IMG/VR virus record: IMGVR_UViG_3300010413_000004
Coordinates: 52,803-116,802 of that record
Length of the DNA stretch: 64,000 bases
Strand: one strand, 5' to 3'
Source of the DNA: a virus
Of this stretch, positions 42,497 to 51,302 are shown piece by piece. The translations under genes and the position numbers were made by a program. The notes beneath the pieces were generated by a model. That model saw only the letters and a list, made by a program, of their open reading frames with translations. It did not search any database and had not been told where the DNA came from. Position 1 is the stretch's first letter; each line of letters begins with the position of its first letter.

Positions 42497-43537
42497 TTAG
42501 TTCTTATTTTTACAGTAAATGCTTACGTTAGTTTGTGCTGTAAATCCATCGGCTGTATTATCAGCCAACGTCTTCATAACATACAATAGACCGTATTTGT
42601 TAACAGCCTCATTCATATCTTTACAGTTGCCAATATCTGGTGTACTAACATTCCAACCAGCTTTAATAGCTCGTTTCGCAGCTATTTGACCATCCCCAAA
42701 CTGGTCAGGAATGTATACTTTTTTGCGTCTCGATCGGTTGAGCCACATTTGTTGAGCTTTCGATATGTCATTGCCCAGAAGAGCAACTCCTCCGATACTT
42801 TTTGCATCAAAGAAACCTTCACACACATATAGTGGTTCGTCAGTGTCTTTAAAAAGTTCACCGAACCCATAAAGTACTTTATCTTTGTCAACTGGAGGAC
42901 TCTCATACTTTTTTGTTTTGGTCCCAACAAGATCGCGCCCTTGATAAAAGATAAGTTTCTGGTCTTTATATATTGGAATGATTAATCGACCCAACCACTT
43001 CCTCATCTTCGGGTCAGAAGGAATTGAGGAAAGCATAAATGGATAACTAGACGGATCAATTTTTCGATCGTGAATCAAGTAATCTCTTGCTATGATTGCC
43101 CATTTATCATTCTCGCCCGCTTCACTCAGGAGATAGAATGATTCAGGGACAGGTAAGTCTTTTGGTTCAATGTTGATTGGTGCAGCAGTTTTGGAACTTT
43201 TATTTTTTCCATCCTGCCGATTTTTGAGATTAGTGAATAGTACTTGTTGCCATTCTTCTTTTGGAACACCAAAATCATTTAGCACTGTTATCATGCTTGG
43301 TGATAACTCACTATCCACAGCTGGATCGTATGTGGCTTTGTGACCGCAGTTGAAGCAGTTGTAACCTACTGCTTCACCTTCAAACTTAAACCCTCCTCGA
43401 TTGCCCTTGCGGCCATGATCGTTGCACACTTTGCATAATACATGATACCATCCTTTGCTGCTTGGTATGGCTGGGAGAGGGATATAATTTCTGATAACTT
43501 GTTCTAATGTGACGGATTCCATTTCTATATTATCCAC
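42497..43537 (-). CDS. DNA primase (gp61-like)
   Basis: Zn finger CKVC...CFNC; 'YQGR'; TOPRIM 'CEGFFDA', 'PDQ', 'KDMNE'. Confidence 0.9.
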   Translation of the reverse strand: MDNIEMESVTLEQVIRNYIPLPAIPSSKGWYHVLCKVCNDHGRKGNRGGFKFEGEAVGYNCFNCGHKATYDPAVDSELSPSMITVLNDFGVPKEEWQQVLFTNLKNRQDGKNKSSKTAAPINIEPKDLPVPESFYLLSEAGENDKWAIIARDYLIHDRKIDPSSYPFMLSSIPSDPKMRKWLGRLIIPIYKDQKLIFYQGRDLVGTKTKKYESPPVDKDKVLYGFGELFKDTDEPLYVCEGFFDAKSIGGVALLGNDISKAQQMWLNRSRRKKVYIPDQFGDGQIAAKRAIKAGWNVSTPDIGNCKDMNEAVNKYGLLYVMKTLADNTADGFTAQTNVSIYCKNKN

Positions 43538-43567
43538 GAAATCCGCACATTAGACAACGTTAGATGG

Positions 43568-44224
43568 TTAGGAAGTCGCCCGTCTTGCTCGTTTCTTCGG
43601 AGCAGCTTTTTTGGTTTTAGCCTTTTCTTCACGTTCCTTTTCTAGCTCTTTTTCTTCGTGCTCTTGCTTGATAATCTCTACCATGTTTTCCAGTCTTGAA
43701 CGGATTTCGGTAGAGTGGATCCACAGATCATCACCACGTAGAATTCCTTCTAGTTCATCTTCGGTAAGGAACGGTACATAAATGTCTTGAGCAAGGTCAT
43801 TGAACCATTTAATTGTTGCACTTAGTTGTGCGATTTGTTCATTGCCTTTGCCCCATGTACCTCCACTATAATTGTGGAACATCATCATGCAGTTATCGTG
43901 AACAATAAACTCATCTGCAGCAAGGAAAATTAGTGTTCCGAGCGAATGTGCTTCTGATTCCAAACTACAAACCACATGAGCTTCCGATGCACGCATTGCG
44001 TTTACCAATTGAACGCCCGTGTCTAATCGACCACCAGGAGTGTTGAGGTGAATATGTACAATGTCGTGAGGTGCTGCGGATCTAATTTGGTGAATCATTG
44101 CAATGTAATGAGTTGGGTCTGCAATGCTTTGGCTTAGGTAATAATGGTGAATCTTGCTCGTGATTTGTTGCTCGTAATACTCGTAGGGTTTACTTTCTTC
44201 AATATCGTTCTCAATTGCAGACAT
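43568..44224 (-). CDS. clpP: ClpP-like serine protease
   Basis: 'HLNTPGG'; catalytic Ser in 'AHSLG', His in 'MMFHN', Asp in 'DLWI'. Confidence 0.85.
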   Translation of the reverse strand: MSAIENDIEESKPYEYYEQQITSKIHHYYLSQSIADPTHYIAMIHQIRSAAPHDIVHIHLNTPGGRLDTGVQLVNAMRASEAHVVCSLESEAHSLGTLIFLAADEFIVHDNCMMMFHNYSGGTWGKGNEQIAQLSATIKWFNDLAQDIYVPFLTEDELEGILRGDDLWIHSTEIRSRLENMVEIIKQEHEEKELEKEREEKAKTKKAAPKKRARRATS

Positions 44225-44254
44225 ATAGCTTCTCTTATGATTATAATGTTGGAA

Positions 44255-44602
44255 AGTCTAGGGAGTCTTTCGACTCCCACGACTAAATTGCGATCGTTTT
44301 GTTATAAGGTGATCAACCTCAATGGATTAAGCTGCGAGAGCAACATCTCCATAGAATGCATTGTCGTTTGCATTTGTGTTTAGTTTAGTGTTAACGTCTT
44401 CTGTGACGCATTGTCCGGTCATCTTTCGCTACCCTGTCGAAACCGGGACATCCCCATCATAAGCATATTAACTCACTAAGAATTTTTGTGATTTAAAGTA
44501 GATAACTATACCTTCCTTCTACTTATTAATACGCTTATGGTGGAGATGGCGGGAATCGAACCCGCGTCCACGGCATTTACTCAATTTCCTTCACACAATG
44601 AT
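44255..44602 (-). ncRNA. ssrA: Circularly permuted (two-piece) tmRNA
   Basis: Acceptor piece first (T-arm GCGGGTTCGATTCCCGC, then CATCTCCACCA ending at 44538). A self-pairing intervening segment follows (44537-44456). The coding piece starts GGGGATG at 44455 (G3:U70 alanine identity) with tag ANDNAFYGDVALAA* at 44371-44327 and a GAAA-loop hairpin at 44284-44255. Outer ends are approximate. Confidence 0.9.
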
Positions 44603-44607
44603 AGTTA

Positions 44608-44638
44608 TATTTATACTATTTTATCGAAAAGTTATCAA
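44608..44638 (-). promoter_or_regulatory. tmRNA promoter (overlapping sigma70-like and T4-late elements)
   Basis: TTGATA-N17-TATAAA overlapping TATAAATA (44608-44615). Confidence 0.55.
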
Positions 44639-45132
44639 CTGTTATCTTTTGCCCAGTTGAGGTTCAGATCTTCAGAATATTCCCCGTTGATTTGAATGTC
44701 CTTTTCGAAATCTGGTAAATCAGACACCTTCAAGTTTCCGACGTCATAAGAAAGCGTGATATGCGGCTTATATTTGTCGTAATCGTACGTTGCATTATGC
44801 TCTTTCATGAGATAATCGTGACGTTCGGATAATTCGGGGCACTCATATAGTAAAACTAGACACATCGATACTTTACCATCTTCATCAGGTTGAGATGGCC
44901 ACTTTTCCATTTTAACAGGAGTCCCTTTAAAAAGGGGAACGTATTCTTTTTTAGGTTCATACTTTGGCAGATATTTGCGGCTGTACAATAGCGTAGTGTG
45001 CAATTTATCCGAATCTACGGGGTTCGGAATATCAGCAGTTTTAATGTAATCGCTTATATCTTTAACTGTATCGTCACTGAATGTCACGCCAGCATATGTT
45101 CCTTTTTGGTTGTTTACTTCTGATAACATCAT
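44635..45132 (-). CDS. acb1: Acb1-like anti-CBASS 2H phosphodiesterase (T4 gp57B family)
   Basis: 'GTYAGVTFS...LHTTLLYSR...LSERH...ATYDY..YKPHITLSY...EYSEDL' matches the gp57B/Acb1 pattern. Confidence 0.82.
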   Translation of the reverse strand: MMLSEVNNQKGTYAGVTFSDDTVKDISDYIKTADIPNPVDSDKLHTTLLYSRKYLPKYEPKKEYVPLFKGTPVKMEKWPSQPDEDGKVSMCLVLLYECPELSERHDYLMKEHNATYDYDKYKPHITLSYDVGNLKVSDLPDFEKDIQINGEYSEDLNLNWAKDNS

Positions 45133-45141
45133 TTTTACTTC

Positions 45142-45699
45142 CTACATTGAACTGCGCTTATATGTCATAAAGCGTAGGTTTCCTTCTTCTGTTCCTTCAA
45201 CAATACTAAACTTTTTCACAATAGTATTGATCGGAAACGTTATATCACATTGATATTCCTTGTCATCATCGATCACTGTCATGTACACAGTTGTGGCCCA
45301 ATTAAGAGCTTCTACAAACATTCGGTAACCACCAATGACGAACACATCACGCGAATCTTCTTCGTCAAGAGATTGGACGGCCTCTCGTATACTTGAAACG
45401 ACAGTAGCTCCAGGTGCCTTAAACTTTGGATTACTGGTAACCACAAATGATTGGCGACCTGGAAGGATTTCAGTTATTTTACCTTTAGTTTTATTCTTCT
45501 TGCGGCGACGTTTAACCATTGCAAGTATATCATTATAGGTTTTTCGTCCCATGATACAAACACCTCCTTGCGTCACTTCTTTGAAGTGTTTGAGATCTTC
45601 AGGATATGACCAAGGAATTTTTCCATCTTTTCCAAACCCACCATACTTGTCGACAGCCACAATTATGGATAACGGTTGCATGTTGACTCTCAAACTCAT
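45142..45699 (-). CDS. folA: Dihydrofolate reductase
   Basis: 'IIVAVD..GGFGKDGKIPW..PEDLKHFK..T', 'IMGRKT', 'LPGR', 'VIGG'. Confidence 0.95.
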   Translation of the reverse strand: MSLRVNMQPLSIIVAVDKYGGFGKDGKIPWSYPEDLKHFKEVTQGGVCIMGRKTYNDILAMVKRRRKKNKTKGKITEILPGRQSFVVTSNPKFKAPGATVVSSIREAVQSLDEEDSRDVFVIGGYRMFVEALNWATTVYMTVIDDDKEYQCDITFPINTIVKKFSIVEGTEEGNLRFMTYKRSSM

Positions 45700-46040
45700 G
45701 ACTTACCTACAGTAATGGTATATTCGAGGCTGGTGGTATTGACACAATTGCGTTGCACATACTTAATCGTCAAGTGAAAGATTCCATTATTCATGTCACT
45801 GAACTTATTGTTACGACGATCACATATGACATCAGCTCGAATGATAGTGCCAGAATCGACTAACATTTTCAGTTCATGGGCAAGCACATACACCATAAAG
45901 TCTGCCGGTCTCGAACTTACTTCCCATTCATTTCCAAATTCACCAAAGGCTTCTTTGGTCATACTGTGTATTTGGTCAGCAAGACGTCTACTACTGACTG
46001 ATTTTGATACTAACTCATACTCAATTGGAAGCACTTTCAT
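45696..46040 (-). CDS. Small protein resembling a tail-sheath C-terminal domain
   Basis: 'DVICDRRNN...MNNGIFHLTIKY'. Confidence 0.45.
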   Translation of the reverse strand: MKVLPIEYELVSKSVSSRRLADQIHSMTKEAFGEFGNEWEVSSRPADFMVYVLAHELKMLVDSGTIIRADVICDRRNNKFSDMNNGIFHLTIKYVQRNCVNTTSLEYTITVGKS

Positions 46041-46041
46041 G

Positions 46042-47034
46042 TTATACGCTCACCGGCATTTTAATTGGAGGGTGACTCTCATAGTTAACGATTTCAAAGT
46101 CGTTGATTGTGAAGTCGTTGATCTCTTTGACGTCTGGTTTTAGCCGAAGAGTAGGTGAAGGATACAGGACTCGCGTTAACTGTTCTTTCAGTTGCTCGGT
46201 GTGGTCATTATAAATGTGAATATCACCTCCCGTCCATACAAATTCACGAGCAACGAGTCCTGTAACTTGAGCAATCATATGCGTCAAGATGCTATATTGT
46301 GCAATATTAAAAGGTACACCAAGACCAACATCTGCCGAGCGTTGGTATAGGTGACACCGCAATTCTTTTCCATCGGACCAGAATTGAACAAATGCGTGAC
46401 ATGGTGGAAGCACCATTTCGTCAATTTGAGCTACGTTCCATGCGTTAAGGATGATCCGTCGGTCAAACGGATTGGTTCGAAGCTGATGGATGATGTTGCC
46501 GATTTGGTCAATCTTTCCTGTCATCATACCAAAAGCATTTGGGTCGAGTACTTCTCCATCCCCATCATCCAAGACGATATGTTTTTCGATGGAACGAGCA
46601 ATATCAGAATCGATTGTTTCAAAAGTTGGAACTGCTCTCCATTGAGCTCCATACCCAGGACCGATCCCGCCCCAGGCTTGTGCAAATTCATCATCGTTTC
46701 GAATTTTTTCGACAAACTCGTCAAGAGAAATATCATTTCCAGTCCTTTTAACGTACTTTGCATGTGGCCACTCATTCCAAATGCCAACGTTATTGTCTAC
46801 GAGGTATTTGATATTTGTGTCACCCGCTAAGAACCAAAGGAGCTCGTGAATAATTCCACGAGTGAATACTTTTTTGGTCGTCAGAAGAGGAATGCTGCTG
46901 TCACTGAGATCAAACCGCATTTGTTGAAATGGCAAACTGCGTGTTCCAGTTCCAGTCCGGTCTCCTTTTGGAATGCCGTGCCGAAAAATATTCTCGACTA
47001 ATGAGAGATATTGTTTATCGTGATAGTGTTGCAT
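46042..47034 (-). CDS. thyA: Thymidylate synthase
   Basis: 'DRTGTGT', 'PLLTTKK', 'ELLWFL', 'LPPCH', 'YQRSAD.GLGVPFN', 'HIYNDH'. Confidence 0.97.
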   Translation of the reverse strand: MQHYHDKQYLSLVENIFRHGIPKGDRTGTGTRSLPFQQMRFDLSDSSIPLLTTKKVFTRGIIHELLWFLAGDTNIKYLVDNNVGIWNEWPHAKYVKRTGNDISLDEFVEKIRNDDEFAQAWGGIGPGYGAQWRAVPTFETIDSDIARSIEKHIVLDDGDGEVLDPNAFGMMTGKIDQIGNIIHQLRTNPFDRRIILNAWNVAQIDEMVLPPCHAFVQFWSDGKELRCHLYQRSADVGLGVPFNIAQYSILTHMIAQVTGLVAREFVWTGGDIHIYNDHTEQLKEQLTRVLYPSPTLRLKPDVKEINDFTINDFEIVNYESHPPIKMPVSV

Positions 47035-47042
47035 TGCTGTCC

Positions 47043-47365
47043 TCAAACGTGTGGTGGATATAGTATGTCTTTGTATTTAATCAAAAACAAGTAGGGCTTA
47101 AATGTCCTAATTTCAGCATCTGTAAACCTAAATTGTCGCCTACGCTGATACCTATTATAAGAATAATGATATGGTGATCGTTTACTATAATCTTCTAAAA
47201 CCTCATGGAACGCAAGGTTTTTGAGTTGTGAACGATCGACCGCTTTTCGAATGCTTTGTTGTTTTCAACGTACGTTGCAAAACCAAGAGTTGTAGTTTCG
47301 TCTGTTTTAAAATTTTTACGTTCCTGAAACCCAACGTACATTCTATCGGTAATAACAATGGCCAT
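47043..47365 (-). pseudogene. Frameshifted or internally deleted phage gene remnant
   Basis: Frame 1 (47365-47195) reads MAIVITDRMYVGFQERK...LGFATYVENNKAFEKR and stops soon after at TAG. A second protein-like frame (VDRSQLKNLAFHE...ILYPPHV*) runs from about 47240 to 47043. Confidence 0.5.
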
Positions 47366-47562
47366 CAAACTACCTCGTATAAATCAGACATACGTACCCA
47401 CTTAGCCCACGAGCCAAGTTCTCTATCAGTGGGCTTAATTTCAAAAAGCTCATCAATTTTACTGCGCAACTTCTTCTGAGCTTTTCTTCCTGTCAGTTGC
47501 ACCTCAATCCCATCATAGATGTACGTTTTTGGTCGCTGGGCTGTTGATGAGAATTCCGGCAT
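47365..47562 (-). CDS. Small hypothetical protein
   Basis: 65 aa; 'EVQLTGRKAQK...LFEIKP...KWVRMSDLYEV'. Confidence 0.65.
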   Translation of the reverse strand: MPEFSSTAQRPKTYIYDGIEVQLTGRKAQKKLRSKIDELFEIKPTDRELGSWAKWVRMSDLYEVV

Positions 47563-47890
47563 ATTTGTTACCTTTGACTTGAAGTTGGTTGTATAATTCT
47601 TGCACTAATTGTATAGGTGACATCGCAGGATGCAATTTTGCAAGAACACCCATGACACAATAAATCACGTCAGCTGCCTCACCAAATGGCGATTCGAGCT
47701 CTTTAGTTTTGTGTACGTTATAACCACATTGTGTAAGCACAACCTCCCCAAATTCACCAACTTCCTCGCCCAACTTCGCATAAAGGGCAATGGCTGGCAT
47801 GTCTTCCAAATTTTGGATAATTCTAAACATTGCAGTCATTATGCCATCAACTGTTTCTGCTTGTATGTCTTGGTCAGTTGTGTGTGTCAT
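47513..47890 (-). CDS. MazG-like NTP pyrophosphohydrolase
   Basis: 'KLGEEVGEF...GEAADVI'. Confidence 0.75.
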   Translation of the reverse strand: MTHTTDQDIQAETVDGIMTAMFRIIQNLEDMPAIALYAKLGEEVGEFGEVVLTQCGYNVHKTKELESPFGEAADVIYCVMGVLAKLHPAMSPIQLVQELYNQLQVKGNKYAGILINSPATKNVHL

Positions 47891-48075
47891 CTTAGTATCT
47901 TTCCGCTTGGAGGTCTAGTATCGCCCCCACCACGTAAAATTGCAACGTTATCGTTTAACTGTTTGGCGAGGCGTTCTGCCACGTCAGTGTCCAGATGAAC
48001 TGTTGTGATTAATCCATCACCAGTACGAAATGACATAAAGATTTTTTCTTCGTCGTAGTCTATTCCAGCTTTCAT
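47887..48075 (-). CDS. Small hypothetical protein
   Basis: 62 aa; overlapping stop/start codons with both neighbours. Confidence 0.5.
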   Translation of the reverse strand: MKAGIDYDEEKIFMSFRTGDGLITTVHLDTDVAERLAKQLNDNVAILRGGGDTRPPSGKILR

Positions 48076-48830
48076 GATTCTTGAGCCTCCAGGTGCTTGT
48101 CAACGTATTCGCGGTCTTGTGTGAAGATCGGAATTTCACGATCAACGCGAACTTCTGTTTCCGGCTCACCATCAGTAACACGAGCCACAACACGCTCAAC
48201 GCAAGTGCCACGACGTTTCCAAGTATCGATGTTGTTCCAATTTACACCGTGGTCCTCCATCAACATATCTTGAATTTGGCTGACATTTTTCTCGTGCATC
48301 TGTTTGTGACTAAAATAGTGTCTTCCAAGCATTTGAACGCTGTTACGACTTGCATCCTGTTGGCGCCAAATGAAATAGTTCGTTACTTCTTCTTTTGGTA
48401 GGTTAAAGACGCGAGCATCGAACATTGCTGGTGTAACATTTCCACTAGCAAAAGTGTTGTTGAAATAGGCAGTGGACATGGATGCAGCAACAGAAGCCAT
48501 CTTTTGAATACTATTGTCAAACCATTGGCTGGTTTCCAATTTTTTCCAGTCATTAATCAGAATAGAAATCTCGTCAGATTGAGTATATCCAAGCACAGCA
48601 TTCTGAACATTCTCAATTAATAAACGAGTGGTTTCGGTCATGGCCACATTCATAATATCACTAAACGGATCGTCTTGGAGTCCAAAATCGATCTTTTTGA
48701 GTTGCTTGGTCCAAGTGTGAAACGCCTTACCATCAATACGAATGATGACAGGTGTGCGCTTCATCAGTTTAGCTTTGGGAATGGCTTCGTATCCCTTCAT
48801 GCGGTCACCCAGTGAATCTTTTTTGCTCAT
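48072..48830 (-). CDS. thg1: tRNA(His) guanylyltransferase / Thg1-like protein
   Basis: 'RMKGYE', 'RIDGKAFH', 'QSDEIS', 'FDARVF', 'WRQQDA.RNS'. Confidence 0.95.
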   Translation of the reverse strand: MSKKDSLGDRMKGYEAIPKAKLMKRTPVIIRIDGKAFHTWTKQLKKIDFGLQDDPFSDIMNVAMTETTRLLIENVQNAVLGYTQSDEISILINDWKKLETSQWFDNSIQKMASVAASMSTAYFNNTFASGNVTPAMFDARVFNLPKEEVTNYFIWRQQDASRNSVQMLGRHYFSHKQMHEKNVSQIQDMLMEDHGVNWNNIDTWKRRGTCVERVVARVTDGEPETEVRVDREIPIFTQDREYVDKHLEAQES

Positions 48831-49357
48831 TGTGCTAGACCAAATGTGTTGAGTTTTTCACAGAGTTGAACTTCCCAGTCACTGTATTCCCAGACGAGTG
48901 GAACGTCGGTTTCAATTCCCCAGTCATTGTCGGGAGATACTTTCATCGTCCCGAAGTTCTTGATTAAGACTCGAGGAGAGGGTGACTCATCAGTCGATAC
49001 TATCCGTTTACGAAATAGTGCAGCCGTCTCGTAGATCTTTCTTGGAAGAACGATACCGATACTCGTAGGTGATCCCCACAGGGCATCCATTTCTTCGTAA
49101 AAGATTTCCCATGGGTATGGATTACGATCATCACTGAAAAGTTGTCGGAGGTTGTTTATGTTTTTAGCATACCCAGCATTTAACAGAATTATTGTTTTGT
49201 GATTGGTTGCCCAATCCGACAAGATCTCCATTTTGGAATTGAACGTATCACCTTCAACAGGCATGTATTTTACGAACATGTCTGACACTGCGTGTGCAGC
49301 TTGAATTCCTTGTTGGATGCTGGATAGGTACATGTTACCAAAAAAGTAAGCGCGCAT
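48827..49357 (-). CDS. Pth2-like peptidyl-tRNA hydrolase
   Basis: 'LSSIQQGIQAAHAV', 'W...HKTIILL', 'FYE.......TSIGIV' follow the Pth2 fold pattern. Confidence 0.65.
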   Translation of the reverse strand: MRAYFFGNMYLSSIQQGIQAAHAVSDMFVKYMPVEGDTFNSKMEILSDWATNHKTIILLNAGYAKNINNLRQLFSDDRNPYPWEIFYEEMDALWGSPTSIGIVLPRKIYETAALFRKRIVSTDESPSPRVLIKNFGTMKVSPDNDWGIETDVPLVWEYSDWEVQLCEKLNTFGLAQ

Positions 49358-49413
49358 TTAAAATTCCTGTAGTTGTCATTTATAGGGAATTTTACACGCT
49401 TTACGTAGTAATG

Positions 49414-49764
49414 TCAAGGAGAATTGTGATGAACTTTGATGAGTTGAGATAGTTGATACTCTGTTTTTGTAGCTATTTCAGATATGTAAAATAGGTACAC
49501 GGAGTACCACAGTTCTAGCAGGACGAAGGTCGCCATATGGAGAGCAGCGAAGCTGGGAACAAAAAAGAGTAAATGAATTAATAATGTGGTGACAAGGGCT
49601 ACGGCAATCAAGTGAGCAAGATCGACGGTATCTGCGTGGTGATAGTATGAGCGAGAGGCAAATACGATTTTTCCTAAGCACACCGTAGTTTGTATTCCCC
49701 ATGCCACCAAAACGCCTGAGATGATACTAAAAATATATGGCAACATCATAATTAGGTATTCCAT
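49414..49764 (-). CDS. Membrane protein (3 TM)
   Basis: Hydrophobic segments; downstream of a late promoter. Confidence 0.55.
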   Translation of the reverse strand: MEYLIMMLPYIFSIISGVLVAWGIQTTVCLGKIVFASRSYYHHADTVDLAHLIAVALVTTLLIHLLFFVPSFAALHMATFVLLELWYSVYLFYISEIATKTEYQLSQLIKVHHNSP

Positions 49765-49781
49765 TATTATCTACCTATATG

Positions 49782-50084
49782 TTAGTGGTTATTTTTTATT
49801 GCAAACTGCTTCTTTACGGTCAATACATCTGATTTGAGTTCGATCACCAAGTCTTCAACGTGATCGATTTTCTGTAACAGAACCTCCGAATTACCGGTCA
49901 TATTATTCTGTTCGTTGAGCAGTATGGAGGCAGGAGGATCTTCGACGACCAGCATTCCAGCTAAACCTATCATTATTCCAGCTATGATTGTAATAGCAAT
50001 TCTAAATCCAAAAAATGATACGCAAGTGCCACAACACTCTTCTTTTCCACCAAAATGCATTTCGCAATCTTCAGCACGTTTCAT
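49782..50084 (-). CDS. Single-TM coiled-coil protein
   Basis: AGGAGG SD; CATAAATA at 50109-50116. Confidence 0.55.
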   Translation of the reverse strand: MKRAEDCEMHFGGKEECCGTCVSFFGFRIAITIIAGIMIGLAGMLVVEDPPASILLNEQNNMTGNSEVLLQKIDHVEDLVIELKSDVLTVKKQFAIKNNH

Positions 50085-50197
50085 GAGATAAACCTCCTTA
50101 GCTACGCTTATTTATGCCAAGTCGCGATTTTTTGTTACTTTATGGTCAGATTATGTCTGAAAGCATAAATAAAGGGCGAAACTATGGAGACGACACC

Positions 50198-50524
50198 ATG
50201 AACAATCAGCAACAGCCACAATCTGTCAGCACTCGCAGATCTCCTATAACTTTGCATCTCAGGGACGTGTTTCTTGTTCTAACGGCCGTGGTATCAATTG
50301 TCGCAGCTTGGGGAATGTACGGAACGAGGTTATCTGTGGCTGAAGAAAAGTTAGTATCTATAGGAAATAATTTATCTGATATACGCCAGATGGTCAAAGA
50401 CCTCAAGAAAGAAGGGAAAAGTGATCAAGCGGTGTTCCGCATTGAACTAACAAACCTAGAGACTAGATTGCGCCGGTTAGAAGAGGAGCAGGCGCGAATC
50501 CAAGGTATACTTAAACACCATTAA
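50198..50524 (+). CDS. Single-TM coiled-coil protein (possible lysis/holin-associated)
   Basis: Start reassigned to MNNQQ (GGAG SD); CATAAATA at 50164-50171. Confidence 0.55.
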   Translation: MNNQQQPQSVSTRRSPITLHLRDVFLVLTAVVSIVAAWGMYGTRLSVAEEKLVSIGNNLSDIRQMVKDLKKEGKSDQAVFRIELTNLETRLRRLEEEQARIQGILKHH

Positions 50525-50548
50525 AAAAGGGCCTTTAGGCCCTTTTTT
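50523..50548. terminator. Bidirectional intrinsic terminator
   Basis: AAAAAAGGGCC-TTTA-GGCCCTTTTTT. Confidence 0.85.
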
Positions 50549-51302
50549 AATCTTCCTCCGAAGCTACAATCCACGACTTAACGAACTCGCTTCGAACAAT
50601 ATCGTGTCTATTAAACTCGATACAGTCAAACTTTTCCATTCGTCTGAATACATCAATTGCCTTAGCCATTCCTGAAACGTCGCCTCGACGCATGCCCAAG
50701 TCAGACTGTTTAATATCTCCAGTGAATATAATTCTAGTATTTGTACCGATTCGTGTCATTATGGTATTGATTTCGTGAAAAGTCATATTTTGACCTTCGT
50801 CCACTACAACGACCGCATTATCCCATGTCAAACCGCGTAAAAACGTTGTTGACATGAATTCGATCATCCCAGCGTCTTTCATATCATTGTATGTGGAAGC
50901 TCGTCCAAAGAGCTCATACATAGTATCTTTATATGGTAGTTCATATGCAGCTAGCTTTTCTTCAAGTGTTCCAGGAAGATGTCCAACCTCACGTGTTGAT
51001 ACAGCAGAACGAATAATAATGACACGAGTTTGCTGTTGCGTTAGGAGTTCATTCATTGCCAAGTATAGAGCCAAAAATGTTTTTCCTGTGCCAGCTGAAC
51101 CGTGTGCACAAATGTGTTGGTCATTAAACCATGAGTGAAATAGATCTTCTTGTGATCTCGTGAGGGGGTGTACGTCTTTCAAATCTTGAATATTCCAGCT
51201 TTTTCTTTTGCGGCCCTCATCTTGGGCCTTTCCGTTAAGCATCAATGCTGCTGATAGTGCATCGATCTCAGCCTGACGGCTTCGGCGGGCTTTTTTCGCC
51301 AT
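50547..51302 (-). CDS. phoH: PhoH-like ATPase
   Basis: 'GSAGTGKT', 'GHLPG', 'FLRGLT', 'DEGQN', 'GD..QSD', 'DIVRS'. Confidence 0.95.
   Translation of the reverse strand: MAKKARRSRQAEIDALSAALMLNGKAQDEGRKRKSWNIQDLKDVHPLTRSQEDLFHSWFNDQHICAHGSAGTGKTFLALYLAMNELLTQQQTRVIIIRSAVSTREVGHLPGTLEEKLAAYELPYKDTMYELFGRASTYNDMKDAGMIEFMSTTFLRGLTWDNAVVVVDEGQNMTFHEINTIMTRIGTNTRIIFTGDIKQSDLGMRRGDVSGMAKAIDVFRRMEKFDCIEFNRHDIVRSEFVKSWIVASEED

Noticed and set aside
17170-47034. Introns or inteins in polB, helicase, nrdA/B, topoisomerase or thyA
   Set aside because: The ORFs are uninterrupted and of normal length, with no intein or homing-endonuclease insertions.
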